Positions 1 through 10,035 are shown, counted from the first letter of the stretch. The stretch is DNA of 52,896 nt from Desulfurococcaceae archaeon (GCA_020833255.1 JAJHQR010000003.1:1-52896), one strand, 5' to 3'. Notes: generated by a model from the letters alone, not told the origin. Numbers and translations are program-made.

Positions 1-856
1 CAACGTTCTTAAACGCTGTTAGTGGGTGGTTTGGTGGTAGTGGTTCTTCTTCGTATACGTCTAGTCCTGCGCCTGCTATCCAGCCTTCTTGTAGTGCTTT
101 TATTAATGCTTTAGTATCTACTACTCCACCTCTTGAAGTGTTTATTAGTATTGCGTTCTTCTTCATCAACCTCAACAAACCCTCACCAACCAACCACCTA
201 GTCTCAGGAGTAAGAGGAACATGAATACTAACGACGTCGGATTCCTTAAAGACTTCTTCTAAACTCCTAAACTCAACACCTAACTCCCTCTCAGCTTCCA
301 GATCTCTTCTCGGGTCGTAGTATAATACCCTCATACCGAAACCCTTAACCCCTATCTCAGCCACCCTCTTACCGATTCTTCCTAAACCCACTATGCCCAG
401 TGTCTTGCCTCTTAGCTCAGTGCCTAAGAGCATCTTCGGGTGCCAAGCAGTCTTAAGTCTCCACCATTCCCCGAACCTCACGAAAATATCTCCCTCAATA
501 ACCCTCCTAGCCGTGCTTAGTATGAGTGCCCAAGTAAACTCGGCTGTTGCCTCAGTTAAGACTCCCGGCGTGTTGGTTACGTAGATGCCGCGTCTGGTAG
601 CACACTCTAGATCTATATTGTCAAACCCTACAGCTAGCTGAGCTACTATCCGTAACTTAGGGGCCGAAGACAGTAAACCACAATCTATCCTATCACTAAG
701 GAGCGAAATTAACGCGTCAACTTCTTTAACCTTACTGAGTAAGACGTCATGTGGCGGGGCCTGATATCTATCCCAGACCTCAACATCGTAGTATTCTGAT
801 ATCCTCTGTGTAACGTCATCGAATAACTCTCTCGTTATGAAGACCCTGGGCTTCAC
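1..856 (-). CDS. gyaR: D-2-hydroxyacid dehydrogenase, glyoxylate reductase-like (3' end truncated by window edge)
   Basis: Manual translation from GTG at 856 (alternative 862): VKPRVFITRE...AVGFDNID...TNTPGVLTEATAE...GIVGLGRIG...HVPLTPET...INTSRG...GLDVYEEEP. Absent from the ORF track because it runs off the edge. Confidence 0.85.
   Translation of the reverse strand, partial: MKPRVFITRELFDDVTQRISEYYDVEVWDRYQAPPHDVLLSKVKEVDALISLLSDRIDCGLLSSAPKLRIVAQLAVGFDNIDLECATRRGIYVTNTPGVLTEATAEFTWALILSTARRVIEGDIFVRFGEWWRLKTAWHPKMLLGTELRGKTLGIVGLGRIGKRVAEIGVKGFGMRVLYYDPRRDLEAERELGVEFRSLEEVFKESDVVSIHVPLTPETRWLVGEGLLRLMKKNAILINTSRGGVVDTKALIKALQEGWIAGAGLDVYEEEPLPPNHPLTAFKNV
129..225 (-). repeat. 97-bp perfect inverted repeat, copy 1 (reverse complement of 52800-52896)
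   Basis: Direct base comparison; encodes HVPLTPETRWLVGEGLLRLMKKNAILINTSR in both dehydrogenase genes. Confidence 0.95.
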
Positions 857-899
857 TAACACCACCTTCAATAAAAATCCTTGTGGAGATGCTATTAAA

Positions 900-1568
900 T
901 CACGTAACCTTATATATTAGGTGTATTTCGTCCCCGCACTTACATATCTTGTAATTAATTAGTTTCAGTCTTAACCACTCACTCAAGTCTCCGAAGCCCT
1001 CTCCTCCTACCAAAGCTACGGAATCTTTACCTCCTATCACGTATGGGGAGATGGTTATCCTAAGCTCGTCTACAAGCTTCTTGGATATGAGGTGCCATAG
1101 TAGAGTACCACCTCCCTCAACTAGCAAGTCTCTTAAGCCTTTATCGTGTAGTGCTTCCAGAGCTTTACTCATGTCTATCAACGGTGATTCACTCTCAATA
1201 ACTATGACGTCCACGCCTAAGCTCCTTAACTGCTCTATCTTCTCTCGCTTAGCTGTAGAAGACGTTACTATGATTGTTGGGGCCACGCTCACGTCAAGTA
1301 CTCTCGCGTTGAGAGGTATTTTCAGGGAGCCGTCGACAACAATCCTCACAGGGTTTCTCCCCTCGACGAGCCTGACAGTGAGTTGAGGGTTGTCTCTGAT
1401 GACCGTGTTAGCACCGACCATCACGCCGTCGACGACGGCTCTCATAGAATGCAGCCTTAGCTTGTCGTAAGGGCAGCTAAGTCTTGAGTCACCGGTTCTT
1501 GAAGCTATCTTACCATCAACTGAGGTGGTCGCGTAAACCCTCACGTAAGGTCTTCTCAAGCTCACCAC
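900..1568 (-). CDS. RibD-C/Rib7-type pyrimidine reductase (2,5-diamino-6-ribosylamino-pyrimidinone phosphate reductase)
   Basis: SVDGKIA, VMVGANTV..DNPQL and LVEGGG motifs. Confidence 0.85.
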   Translation of the reverse strand: MVSLRRPYVRVYATTSVDGKIASRTGDSRLSCPYDKLRLHSMRAVVDGVMVGANTVIRDNPQLTVRLVEGRNPVRIVVDGSLKIPLNARVLDVSVAPTIIVTSSTAKREKIEQLRSLGVDVIVIESESPLIDMSKALEALHDKGLRDLLVEGGGTLLWHLISKKLVDELRITISPYVIGGKDSVALVGGEGFGDLSEWLRLKLINYKICKCGDEIHLIYKVT

Positions 1569-2676
1569 CTAAATACACTAACTTACCGTCAAGCATGAGA
1601 GCGGCGACGAACTCACTCCCCCCTCTCTTAACTAACGCTAAGTGCTTATTATGCGCTCTCTCAAACGGCGTGTTCGAGTATCTCAAGAAGAGCAGGTTCG
1701 CGTCACCTCCCTCAACTACGTAATTCCGAGCACCCACGGGGTTAGCGTTAGTTAAGGCTTTAAGAACCCATACCGGGTCATTAACCCCGGCATTGCGGGC
1801 GAGCAGTAAAAGTAGCTCCCCCTCCCTCCACAAGTCAGGCTTTACCCAGCCTAAGTTATCCGTACCTAAAGCTACGTCAACCCCTAACTCGTATATGTTC
1901 CTCAGTTTAGGTAGCCCGGACATAAACCATAGGTTAGACCTGAGGCATAAGACTAACGTGATCCTCAAGTCTTTGAGGAGCTGGAGCTCTTCAGGACCTA
2001 ACCAAACACCGTGAATCAACGCGTTAGGCCTGCCGACAGAGAGTAGTCTCTCTAAATCTCTCTCCTCCCTAGTCTCCCTAGTTTCCGATACGTGCGAATG
2101 AATCAACTTGCCCGAACCCCTCACCAAATCGAAGATAGTTCTTAAGTCTTCTGACGTGAAGTAATGCGGTGATGAAATACCGACCCCGTCCGAGTACTTA
2201 ATTATCTCCTTGATTTCACGGCCTACCCCCGCATGCTTTGAAGGCATGCCGAGAACATAGTGGGTTCTGAGTTTCGCAGTACCTAACCTAAGGCTCTCAA
2301 CCCCTAACTCACGGAACTCCGCGACATAACCCACCCCTGAACTCAGCATCAGGTCCACGGCCTCACCTATTACCGAGTTCAGTGAGTTGACCCCCGCTCT
2401 ATCAAGCACTAGGTACTTAAGCCCGTAGGGTTCCCCGACAACTGAATCGATGTCTAGGTCCCAGCCAATCTCAGGACTCACGTAATCTAGTATGTGTACG
2501 TGCATGTTAGCTAGGGGAGGCATGACTACGTAGCTACGCATGTCGAGAACTCCTCCAACCCCTCTAGATATGCTGTGTATTTTGCCTTCGTCGATGACTA
2601 GGGTGAGGGGGCCCTCAACGAACTCTAACGAGGTGCTTAAGAACCCCCCAGCCACGGTAACGCTGAATTCCTTCAT
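1516..2676 (-). CDS. Amidohydrolase superfamily metal-dependent deaminase
   Basis: NMHVH, HSHVSE, IHGVW and ALGTDN motifs. Confidence 0.85.
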   Translation of the reverse strand: MKEFSVTVAGGFLSTSLEFVEGPLTLVIDEGKIHSISRGVGGVLDMRSYVVMPPLANMHVHILDYVSPEIGWDLDIDSVVGEPYGLKYLVLDRAGVNSLNSVIGEAVDLMLSSGVGYVAEFRELGVESLRLGTAKLRTHYVLGMPSKHAGVGREIKEIIKYSDGVGISSPHYFTSEDLRTIFDLVRGSGKLIHSHVSETRETREERDLERLLSVGRPNALIHGVWLGPEELQLLKDLRITLVLCLRSNLWFMSGLPKLRNIYELGVDVALGTDNLGWVKPDLWREGELLLLLARNAGVNDPVWVLKALTNANPVGARNYVVEGGDANLLFLRYSNTPFERAHNKHLALVKRGGSEFVAALMLDGKLVYLGGELEKTLREGLRDHLS

Positions 2677-2735
2677 CTCCTAAACCTAAAATATTGTGTG
2701 TCTCAGAGTTATAACCTGCGACGTTGAACATATCT

Positions 2736-2790
2736 TGGTGATGAGGCGGGACTGGATGATCTAGATGATTAGTAGCGAACCGTCTGACGT
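2736..2790 (+). ncRNA. Box C/D guide sRNA candidate overlapping the start of the downstream ORF
   Basis: C box GTGATGA 2738-2744, D'-like ATGA, C'-like AGATGA, D box CTGA 2784-2787; TATA-like TTATAA about 25 nt upstream. Confidence 0.65.
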
Positions 2791-3757
2791 CAGGGGTTTC
2801 TTAGACCACGACTTAATAATTGATCGAGATAACAGAATATTCGTTGTCGTCGGGAACACTCATCCTAAGGGCTTGATAATTGCATACCTCAAATACGTTT
2901 CTTCAAGGAAGCCCACGCTTTGGAGGGGGAGGGGTACTTACTATGAGAGGGTGTTGAGGGAGTATAGCGTTGAGGAGGTTCTGCGCGTGTCTTCGGAAGC
3001 GGGCGCCTGGTTCCACGACCCGACGTTAGGGGTCTCGATACCGGTGGTCAAGGTCTCGGATGTCTTGGAGTGGCTTAAGCCTGAGGAGAGGTTGGGGGAG
3101 TTAAGGAAACACGTTAAGGACTTCGTGGAGCTGGTTAGTGTTGAGGTCTCGGATTTTGTCAGTAGTGTGACTGGGCTTAGCGTCGGTAATATGGGAGTCG
3201 CAGGGTCTGTTCTCGCAGGTATTCACGGACCTCATTCAGACGTTGATTTAGTGATATATGGTTGTAGGGAAGCTCTAGAATTCGTTCAAACAAGCTTAGA
3301 GATGAGTAAGTTACCCGCGGAGAGGGTAGCGTCTAAGATACTGGAGAACTCGAGGATCTTAGGGATTGGGCCTGAGACGTACGCTAAGATAATCCCGCCA
3401 TATAAGTTCGCTTGTTTTAAGGGAGTTCCAATAACCTTCACATTCGTTGATAGGAGGACTTACAGGTATGGGGACTTGGTTCTAAGACCTCTCAAGCCTG
3501 TTAACCTGATAGCTGAGGTTGTGGGAGGGGACTGTAAATCCCTTTTCTACCCGTCGAGAACTCAAGTAGTTAGGGTTCTCGAGGGACCCGCTGTTAAGGA
3601 AATAATAAGTTACGAGGCGGAATATAATTACCTCCTGTATAGGGGAGGGGTGTTAAGGGTTTCCGGAATGCTCGAGGAGTCGGTACCGGATAACGAGTAC
3701 TACGTGGTTGTTGGTGGGAGGGAGAGTAAGGGATACGTAATACCTCACGGAGTTTAA
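2765..3757 (+). CDS. Predicted nucleotidyltransferase (Pol-beta superfamily, archaeal COG1665-like)
   Basis: GVAGSVL....SDVDLVIYG motif; N-terminal GNTHP...AYLKY. The true start may lie slightly downstream. Confidence 0.7.
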   Translation: MISSEPSDVRGFLDHDLIIDRDNRIFVVVGNTHPKGLIIAYLKYVSSRKPTLWRGRGTYYERVLREYSVEEVLRVSSEAGAWFHDPTLGVSIPVVKVSDVLEWLKPEERLGELRKHVKDFVELVSVEVSDFVSSVTGLSVGNMGVAGSVLAGIHGPHSDVDLVIYGCREALEFVQTSLEMSKLPAERVASKILENSRILGIGPETYAKIIPPYKFACFKGVPITFTFVDRRTYRYGDLVLRPLKPVNLIAEVVGGDCKSLFYPSRTQVVRVLEGPAVKEIISYEAEYNYLLYRGGVLRVSGMLEESVPDNEYYVVVGGRESKGYVIPHGV

Positions 3758-3768
3758 GAGGTTGCCCT

Positions 3769-4245
3769 CTACCTAATTAAAGCGATTTTATCGCCTACGT
3801 TTATGGTGTCTCCTGGTCTCACGTAAACCTTCTCCACTACGCCGTTTCTAGGAGACTTTATTTCCAGCTCCATCTTCATCGATTCTATGGTGACTACTGT
3901 GTCGCCAACACTTACTTTAGACCCCTCCGTAACTAAGACTTTAAGAATCTTCCCGGGTATTTCCGAAGATATCGCTACGGCTCCTGAAGGTACTTCAGGA
4001 CCTCTTATCTCGAGTACCTGCTCAAGACCTGTCTCCGCTCCCGACGCTGCTTGAGTGACTTCACTCCCTGAAGATTCTTCAGATACGCTGAGCTCAGGTT
4101 CTTGAGTAACCTCAACCTCACTACCCACCCTGACTACCAGGTCCTTATCATTGACTTTAACGAAGTACGTGCCGTTACCGCCGTCCCTTACCTCAACCCT
4201 ATATTTCCTCCCCTCAACCTCCACGACATATACTGAGGTACTCAC
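3769..4245 (-). CDS. Biotin carboxyl carrier protein (acyl-CoA carboxylase/decarboxylase subunit)
   Basis: ESMKM biotinylation motif in a C-terminal biotinyl domain; acidic linker. Confidence 0.9.
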   Translation of the reverse strand: MSTSVYVVEVEGRKYRVEVRDGGNGTYFVKVNDKDLVVRVGSEVEVTQEPELSVSEESSGSEVTQAASGAETGLEQVLEIRGPEVPSGAVAISSEIPGKILKVLVTEGSKVSVGDTVVTIESMKMELEIKSPRNGVVEKVYVRPGDTINVGDKIALIR

Positions 4246-4350
4246 TTGCTTGGCACCGTTTCTATAATTAGGTGGTATTCCTTAAAAATAATCAATAAGG
4301 TCTTGTGGAATGTTTTTAACGTTTCTTAAAGTATATCTGGGAGTATAAAA

Positions 4351-5928
4351 TTGGTGGGGGAGTCCTTACCGGCTAAGATACTTGAGTTGAGGAGGCTTAA
4401 GGAGGAGGCTAGGTTAGGTGGTGGTTTAAAAGCTATTGAAGCGCAGCACGCTAAGGGTAAGTTAACTGCGCGGGAGAGGCTTGAACTATTGTTCGACCCT
4501 AACACTATGTTAGAGTTTGATATGTTGGTAACTCATAGAGCAACGGAGTTCGGCATGGCTGAGAGGAGGGCCTACGGTGACGGAGTAGTCACAGTTATGG
4601 GCAGGGTTAATAACAGGCCTGTGATAGGGATAGCCCAGGACTTCACGTTTATGGGCGGCTCACTAGGCGAGATGCACGCCGCTAAGATAGTTAAGGCGAT
4701 GCAGTACGCGGTCTCCGCGGGCATGCCCATCGTATTCCTCAACGACTCCGGCGGCGCTAGGATTCAGGAGGGTGTGGACTCGCTCAGAGGGTATGGCGAC
4801 ATATTCTACATGAACGTTATGGCTTCTGGCGTGGTGCCTCAGATAGCCGTTATAATGGGGCCCTGCGCTGGCGGGGCGGTGTACTCCCCGGCACTCATGG
4901 ACTTCGTGATAATGGTTGATAAAACGTCCTATATGTTCATAACAGGTCCGAGAGTGGTTAAAGCCGCTATAGGGGAGGAGGTCACTGAGGAGGAGTTAGG
5001 AGGTCCTAGAATACACGTGACTAAGAGTGGTGTAGCACACTTCATAGCTAAGGATGATAAAGAAGCGATAGGCTTGGTGAAGAGGTTGCTCAGTTACCTA
5101 CCCTCAAACAATATGGAAGCGCCGCCTAGGACGCCCTCAGGCGATCCGCCGGATAGGGTGGAGGAGAAATTAAATACTCTAGTTCCTGAAGACCCGTTAA
5201 AAGCTTACAACATGTATGAAGTCATTGACGCGGTATTCGATAAAGGCTCGTTCTTCGAGGTGTCGAGAGAGTACGCTAGGAACGCTATAACGGGGTTCGC
5301 GAGACTGAATGGGTGGGTTGTTGGCGTGATAGCTAATCAACCGATGGTCCTCACAGGCGCTTTAGACATAAACGCCTCGGACAAGATAGCTAGGTTTGTC
5401 AGGATACTCAACGCTTTTAACATACCTATAATCACGTTCGTGGACGTCCCCGGGTACATACCCGGCACGTACCAGGAACACAACGGCATAATAAGGCATG
5501 GCGCTAAGGTACTCTACGCCTACAGCGAGGCGACAGTGCCTAAGTTAACGGTCATAGTGAGGAAAGCTTACGGCGGTGCTTACATAGCGATGGGTTCCAG
5601 ACACTTAGGCGCTGACTTCGTAGCTGCTTGGCCTACTGCGGAGATAGCTGTTATGGGTGCTGAGGGGGCTGCCGAGATAATATGGAGGGCTGAGCTCTCT
5701 AAAGCTAAGACGCCTGAGGAGAGGCAAGAACTACTCAACAAGTTAGCCACGGAATACAAGAATAAGTTCCTCCACCCATACATAGCTGCCGCAAGAGGCT
5801 ACATAGACTCCGTCATAGAGCCGGCGGAGACCAGGCCAACACTAGTTAAAGCGCTTGAATTCCTCCTCACTAAGCGGGAGGTAAGGTTTAGAACACCGCC
5901 GAAGAAGCACGGCTTGATCCCGGTATAG
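4351..5928 (+). CDS. Acyl-CoA carboxyltransferase (methylmalonyl-CoA decarboxylase alpha/PccB-like)
   Basis: GKLTARER, DSGGARIQEG, GPCAGGAVYSPA, RKAYGGAY and KKHG motifs. Confidence 0.92.
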   Translation: MVGESLPAKILELRRLKEEARLGGGLKAIEAQHAKGKLTARERLELLFDPNTMLEFDMLVTHRATEFGMAERRAYGDGVVTVMGRVNNRPVIGIAQDFTFMGGSLGEMHAAKIVKAMQYAVSAGMPIVFLNDSGGARIQEGVDSLRGYGDIFYMNVMASGVVPQIAVIMGPCAGGAVYSPALMDFVIMVDKTSYMFITGPRVVKAAIGEEVTEEELGGPRIHVTKSGVAHFIAKDDKEAIGLVKRLLSYLPSNNMEAPPRTPSGDPPDRVEEKLNTLVPEDPLKAYNMYEVIDAVFDKGSFFEVSREYARNAITGFARLNGWVVGVIANQPMVLTGALDINASDKIARFVRILNAFNIPIITFVDVPGYIPGTYQEHNGIIRHGAKVLYAYSEATVPKLTVIVRKAYGGAYIAMGSRHLGADFVAAWPTAEIAVMGAEGAAEIIWRAELSKAKTPEERQELLNKLATEYKNKFLHPYIAAARGYIDSVIEPAETRPTLVKALEFLLTKREVRFRTPPKKHGLIPV

Positions 5929-6048
5929 CGCGAGTTATTTTCAAGTAAAGCTATCCTAAGTCAATTAGCCACAACTAAATAGTGTTGGAGGTCGTTTAGA
6001 CTTTAGTTATTTAAGTTTGAGAGCTCTAATTTTGAGTGGGTAGCGAAG

Positions 6049-7350
6049 ATGTTTCACAAGACGCCGGACATAGCGGAGGTTTTTGAGAGATTCGGCGAAG
6101 GGTCTGAAGTAGTTATTCGTGGCTGGGTCTACAGGATATTTAAAGTGGGCGGCAAGGTTTTCGCGTGGGTTAGAGATCACTCAGGCTACATTCAGGTAGT
6201 TTTCGACAAGAGTTACGTGGCTAGTGATTGGGACGCTGTGGAGAAGCTGACTAGAGAGTCTAGTGTGGAGGTTAAGGGTGTTGTGAGGGTTGACGCTAGA
6301 GCTCCCGGCGGTAAAGAGATAGTGGCTAGCAACTTAATCGTTTACGGTTACTCACCCCCCTTCCCGATAAAAGGGGGTGAGGACATAGAGTACTTACTTA
6401 ACGTGAGGCACCTCTGGCTTAGGTCCAGACACATGATAGCGCTACTCAAGATTAAGCACACAGCTATCCAAGCTTTGAGGGATTGGTTGGTGAAGGATGG
6501 GTGGTGGGAGACCACCCCGCCAATACTTACGGGCTCGGCCGTGGAAGGCGGCGCTACCCTATTCGAAGTCAAGTATTTCGACAAGACCGCGTACCTCTCT
6601 CAGTCGGCTCAACTATACCTTGAAGTACTGATATTCCCGCTGAATAAGGTCTGGGCCTTAACCCCCTCCTTCAGAGCCGAGAAATCAAGGACTAGGAGAC
6701 ACCTTAGCGAGTACTGGCACCTGGAGGTTGAGGCCGCGTGGTACGATATGGAGGACATGATGAAGGTCGCTGAAGACATGGTTAGTTACGCGGTAGCTAA
6801 GATACTGGAAGAAAGAAAAGAAGAGCTTAAACTACTTAACAGAGACACTACTAAGCTGGAGAAAGCTCTTGAGACCCCCTACCCTAAGATAACTTACGAC
6901 GAAGCTATTCAAATCCTTCAAAAGAAAGGCTTTAACCTGAAGTGGGGTGATGATTACGGCGCTGATGAGGAGAAAGCACTGACGGAGGAGTTTGAGGTAC
7001 CGTTCTTCGTGACCCACTTCCCCAAACACATAAAAGCGTTTTACATGAAGGAAGATCCTAAGAGACCTGAGGTCGTTCTAGGGTTTGACCTGCTCGCGCC
7101 CGAGGGTTACGGCGAGATCATCGGGGGTTCGCAGAGGGAAGACGATTACGAGAAACTATACAACAGGATAATTTCCGAAGGCCTGAATTATCAAGACTAT
7201 GAGTGGTATCTCGACTTAAGGAAGTACGGGAGCGTCCCCCACTCAGGATTCGGGTTAGGTGTTGAGAGACTCGTCATGTGGGTTTCCGGGATAGATCACA
7301 TAAGAGACGCGATACCTTTCCCAAGGTGGAGGGGGCGCATATACCCCTAA
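6049..7350 (+). CDS. asnS: Asparagine--tRNA ligase
   Basis: YLSQSAQLYLE, FRAEKSRTRRHL and PHSGFGLGVERL motifs. Confidence 0.95.
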   Translation: MFHKTPDIAEVFERFGEGSEVVIRGWVYRIFKVGGKVFAWVRDHSGYIQVVFDKSYVASDWDAVEKLTRESSVEVKGVVRVDARAPGGKEIVASNLIVYGYSPPFPIKGGEDIEYLLNVRHLWLRSRHMIALLKIKHTAIQALRDWLVKDGWWETTPPILTGSAVEGGATLFEVKYFDKTAYLSQSAQLYLEVLIFPLNKVWALTPSFRAEKSRTRRHLSEYWHLEVEAAWYDMEDMMKVAEDMVSYAVAKILEERKEELKLLNRDTTKLEKALETPYPKITYDEAIQILQKKGFNLKWGDDYGADEEKALTEEFEVPFFVTHFPKHIKAFYMKEDPKRPEVVLGFDLLAPEGYGEIIGGSQREDDYEKLYNRIISEGLNYQDYEWYLDLRKYGSVPHSGFGLGVERLVMWVSGIDHIRDAIPFPRWRGRIYP

Positions 7351-7359
7351 CCAAGCCCC

Positions 7360-7821
7360 CTACTCGTAGACTACGTTAACTATATGCTTAACCTTGTCAA
7401 CCCCTTCACACATTATTAAACGTATTAACTCCTTAGTAGTGTCAGTCAACTCTAGCTTTAGAGCGTCTTCGAATTTGAAGAAACCTATGCCGAGAGACTC
7501 CTCGTTCGCTACGGGCTCTCCCTCAGCGTCGGTGATTAGGTAGTCAAGTATTACGTAATGATATTTAACGCTATAATCTTTTCTAAGCCTTATGTACTCG
7601 GTAATAGCTAGTAACGACGCCTTACTAGCCTTAAGCGACGTCTCCTCCTCTAATTCCCTGAATAAAGCTGTGAGCACCGGCTCCCCAGCCTCTATATGCC
7701 CGCCAGGTATGGACCATAAGTTAGGTGATGGCGGGTACTTCCTCTTAATGAGGAGTATCCTACCATCTCTTAAGACTACCGCCCCTACCGCTACCCTAGG
7801 CCACTCAACCACTCCGAACAC
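7360..7821 (-). CDS. NUDIX hydrolase
   Basis: Nudix box PGGHIEAGEPVLTALFRELEEET. Confidence 0.9.
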   Translation of the reverse strand: MFGVVEWPRVAVGAVVLRDGRILLIKRKYPPSPNLWSIPGGHIEAGEPVLTALFRELEEETSLKASKASLLAITEYIRLRKDYSVKYHYVILDYLITDAEGEPVANEESLGIGFFKFEDALKLELTDTTKELIRLIMCEGVDKVKHIVNVVYE

Positions 7822-7860
7822 CTACTCAATAAGTTTTACTTGCTAGATTAATGTTTTATC

Positions 7861-9213
7861 TTGTTATTAAGATTACGTTTTAGGAGTAGTGAGGCGATGC
7901 TTAAATTACGTTGCGTTAGGTGTGGTCACGAAGTGGGTGGGGTTGAGTATGTCAGTAGCTGTCCTCAGTGCGGGGGTCTCTTAATAACCCGGGCTTCAGG
8001 GTGTCTGAGGAAGGGTAAGGGTTCGGGGGTCTGGGTTTGGGGTAACGGCTTATTCACTTCGTTCATGACCCCGAGAGTTACGTTAGGGGAGGGCAACACC
8101 CCGCTCATAAAATCCGTTAAGATAGGTAGGAGCACCGGCTTAACGCTTTATTTCAAGGACGAAACTAAAAACCCTTCAGGCTCCTTCATAGACAGAGGCT
8201 CGGCAACACTAGCTACCGCGTTGAAGTACTTTAAGATCAGGTCTGTGGTGGTGCCCTCTACCGGAGACTTAAGTATTTCGGTCTCAACATACCTGAGACG
8301 TGCCGGGATCTCTAGCAAGGCTTACGTACCATCCAGCGTTACTTTAAGCAAGGCTTACAAAACCCTCTTAGTGAGCGATAGGGTAAAGTTCGTTGATAGC
8401 TATGAGGAAGCGTTGGTTAAGGCTTTAAAGAGTACGCAGTTTTATGACGCGGCTATACTACCCACCAACCCATTCTTGATTGACGGTTACAGGACGGTAG
8501 CTTTCGAGCTGGTTTACTCGCTAGGCAGGGAAAGACCTTTAATGGTCGTAGTACCGATAGGGGACGGTGTCCTAGCTCTAAGCATTCATTACGTGCTTGA
8601 AGATCTTGGAATACATCACAAGATACTCGGTGTTAGAGCGTGTAAGGAATCCCCCCTACTAAGAGATATCTACGTCGCTAAGCCGATGCTTCAAGAATAT
8701 CTGAAAGAACTCGAAGATTCGGGGTTCATAGAAGTCATTAACGTATGTGATGATGAAGCACTTGAGGCAAGTGAATTCATGGTTAAGAAGGAAGGCTTCT
8801 TGGTAGGGCCTGTAGGGGCTTCGTGTGTGGCGGCGCTCAAGAAATTAGTTGGTGAGGGCAGGAAAGATTTCGTTACGGTAGCTTTGATGTCGGGCGATCC
8901 GTTGCAAGACCCCTACGTCATTAAAGCTCTTCTCGAGAGGACCGCGGGACGTGAGGAACAGATAGTGACTCTAGGCTTTACTAAGATGAAGATCTTGGAA
9001 ATCCTCGCTTACGGTAACCCGGCACACCCCTACGTACTCTGGAAGGAACTCAAGCAGAAACACGGTCTTAACTTGAATAGGAGGAGTGTCTACAAACACG
9101 TGGAGGAATTAATTAGCTTAGGCTTCTTGAAGGTAGTCGGTCATGAAAGGGTTGGCGGGAGGATTAGGAAGATAGTGACTATAACCGAGCAGGGTTTGAA
9201 ACACCTCACGTGA
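7861..9213 (+). CDS. Threonine-synthase-like fold-type II protein with N-terminal Zn ribbon and C-terminal winged helix; PLP lysine replaced by Ile
   Basis: CxxC..CxxC; TLGEGNTPL; NPSGSFIDRG (K to I); C-terminal KILEILA...YVLWKEL...VYKHVEEL...RKIVTITEQG. Start probably at ATG 7897. Confidence 0.8.
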   Translation: MLLRLRFRSSEAMLKLRCVRCGHEVGGVEYVSSCPQCGGLLITRASGCLRKGKGSGVWVWGNGLFTSFMTPRVTLGEGNTPLIKSVKIGRSTGLTLYFKDETKNPSGSFIDRGSATLATALKYFKIRSVVVPSTGDLSISVSTYLRRAGISSKAYVPSSVTLSKAYKTLLVSDRVKFVDSYEEALVKALKSTQFYDAAILPTNPFLIDGYRTVAFELVYSLGRERPLMVVVPIGDGVLALSIHYVLEDLGIHHKILGVRACKESPLLRDIYVAKPMLQEYLKELEDSGFIEVINVCDDEALEASEFMVKKEGFLVGPVGASCVAALKKLVGEGRKDFVTVALMSGDPLQDPYVIKALLERTAGREEQIVTLGFTKMKILEILAYGNPAHPYVLWKELKQKHGLNLNRRSVYKHVEELISLGFLKVVGHERVGGRIRKIVTITEQGLKHLT

Positions 9214-9285
9214 TATTGCGGCGTCGATAGTGAACTTGATATTGTATTGATCGCCTAAAAACGCTCTTTCCCTTATCTTCACGAG

Positions 9286-10035
9286 GTGTGCGTGATGAGC
9301 GTGGTCAGGGTCTCCCTATATACCGCGTTGGTTTTGATAGCTACTATAGTGCTCCAGGTTTATACGCCAGCAACCCGCGGATATTTTAACCTTGGTGAGG
9401 TAGCTATATATACTGTCGCAGCCCTGAGCTCGCCGCTCACGGCAGGCATCGCCGGGGGAGTTGGTTCGGCGCTAGCAGATCTCCTGACCGGTTACGGGAT
9501 TTTCGCGCCCGGCACGTTAGTTATTAAGTTTACTGAGGGCTTCGTAGCGTCCTTACTGATCTCCTCTTTTAGGAAGAAGTTAGGGGCTTTCTCCAAGCTA
9601 CGTATAGCGTCGGTAGTGATAGGGGTGCTTCTAGGGATTTTGATAGCTGCGTTAGGGGTGGCCCTCTTCACCGGGGAAATCGAGCTTTATTCAGTGCCTC
9701 TCAGCGTTATGGGCGTTGAGCTCACGGTGCTTTCCGCGAAGTTCTCGCTAGCTACCTGGTTCTGGATTTTAATAGGTTTGGTGATCGTTATTTCGGTGAC
9801 GTACATCGTGGTTAGGGCTAGGGGCGAGAGTTTAAGTTTCGTGATTCCGGTGCTATTCAGCGGGTTAATAATGGTTACGGGGTATTTCCTCTACGAGTAC
9901 TTCGTTTCTAACCCCCTCCAAGGGATACCGCCTGAGGAAGCCTTCGTCGAGGTCCCGGTCAACCTAGGTCAAGCTTTAGTAGGTCTAACGCTTTCGTCAC
10001 CCGTCATCACGTTCGTTAATAGAGCTAGAGGGTAG
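9286..10035 (+). CDS. ECF transporter S component
   Basis: GYFNLGE...GGVGSALADLL.GY..FAPGTLVIK; multiple TM helices. Confidence 0.85.
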   Translation: MCVMSVVRVSLYTALVLIATIVLQVYTPATRGYFNLGEVAIYTVAALSSPLTAGIAGGVGSALADLLTGYGIFAPGTLVIKFTEGFVASLLISSFRKKLGAFSKLRIASVVIGVLLGILIAALGVALFTGEIELYSVPLSVMGVELTVLSAKFSLATWFWILIGLVIVISVTYIVVRARGESLSFVIPVLFSGLIMVTGYFLYEYFVSNPLQGIPPEEAFVEVPVNLGQALVGLTLSSPVITFVNRARG

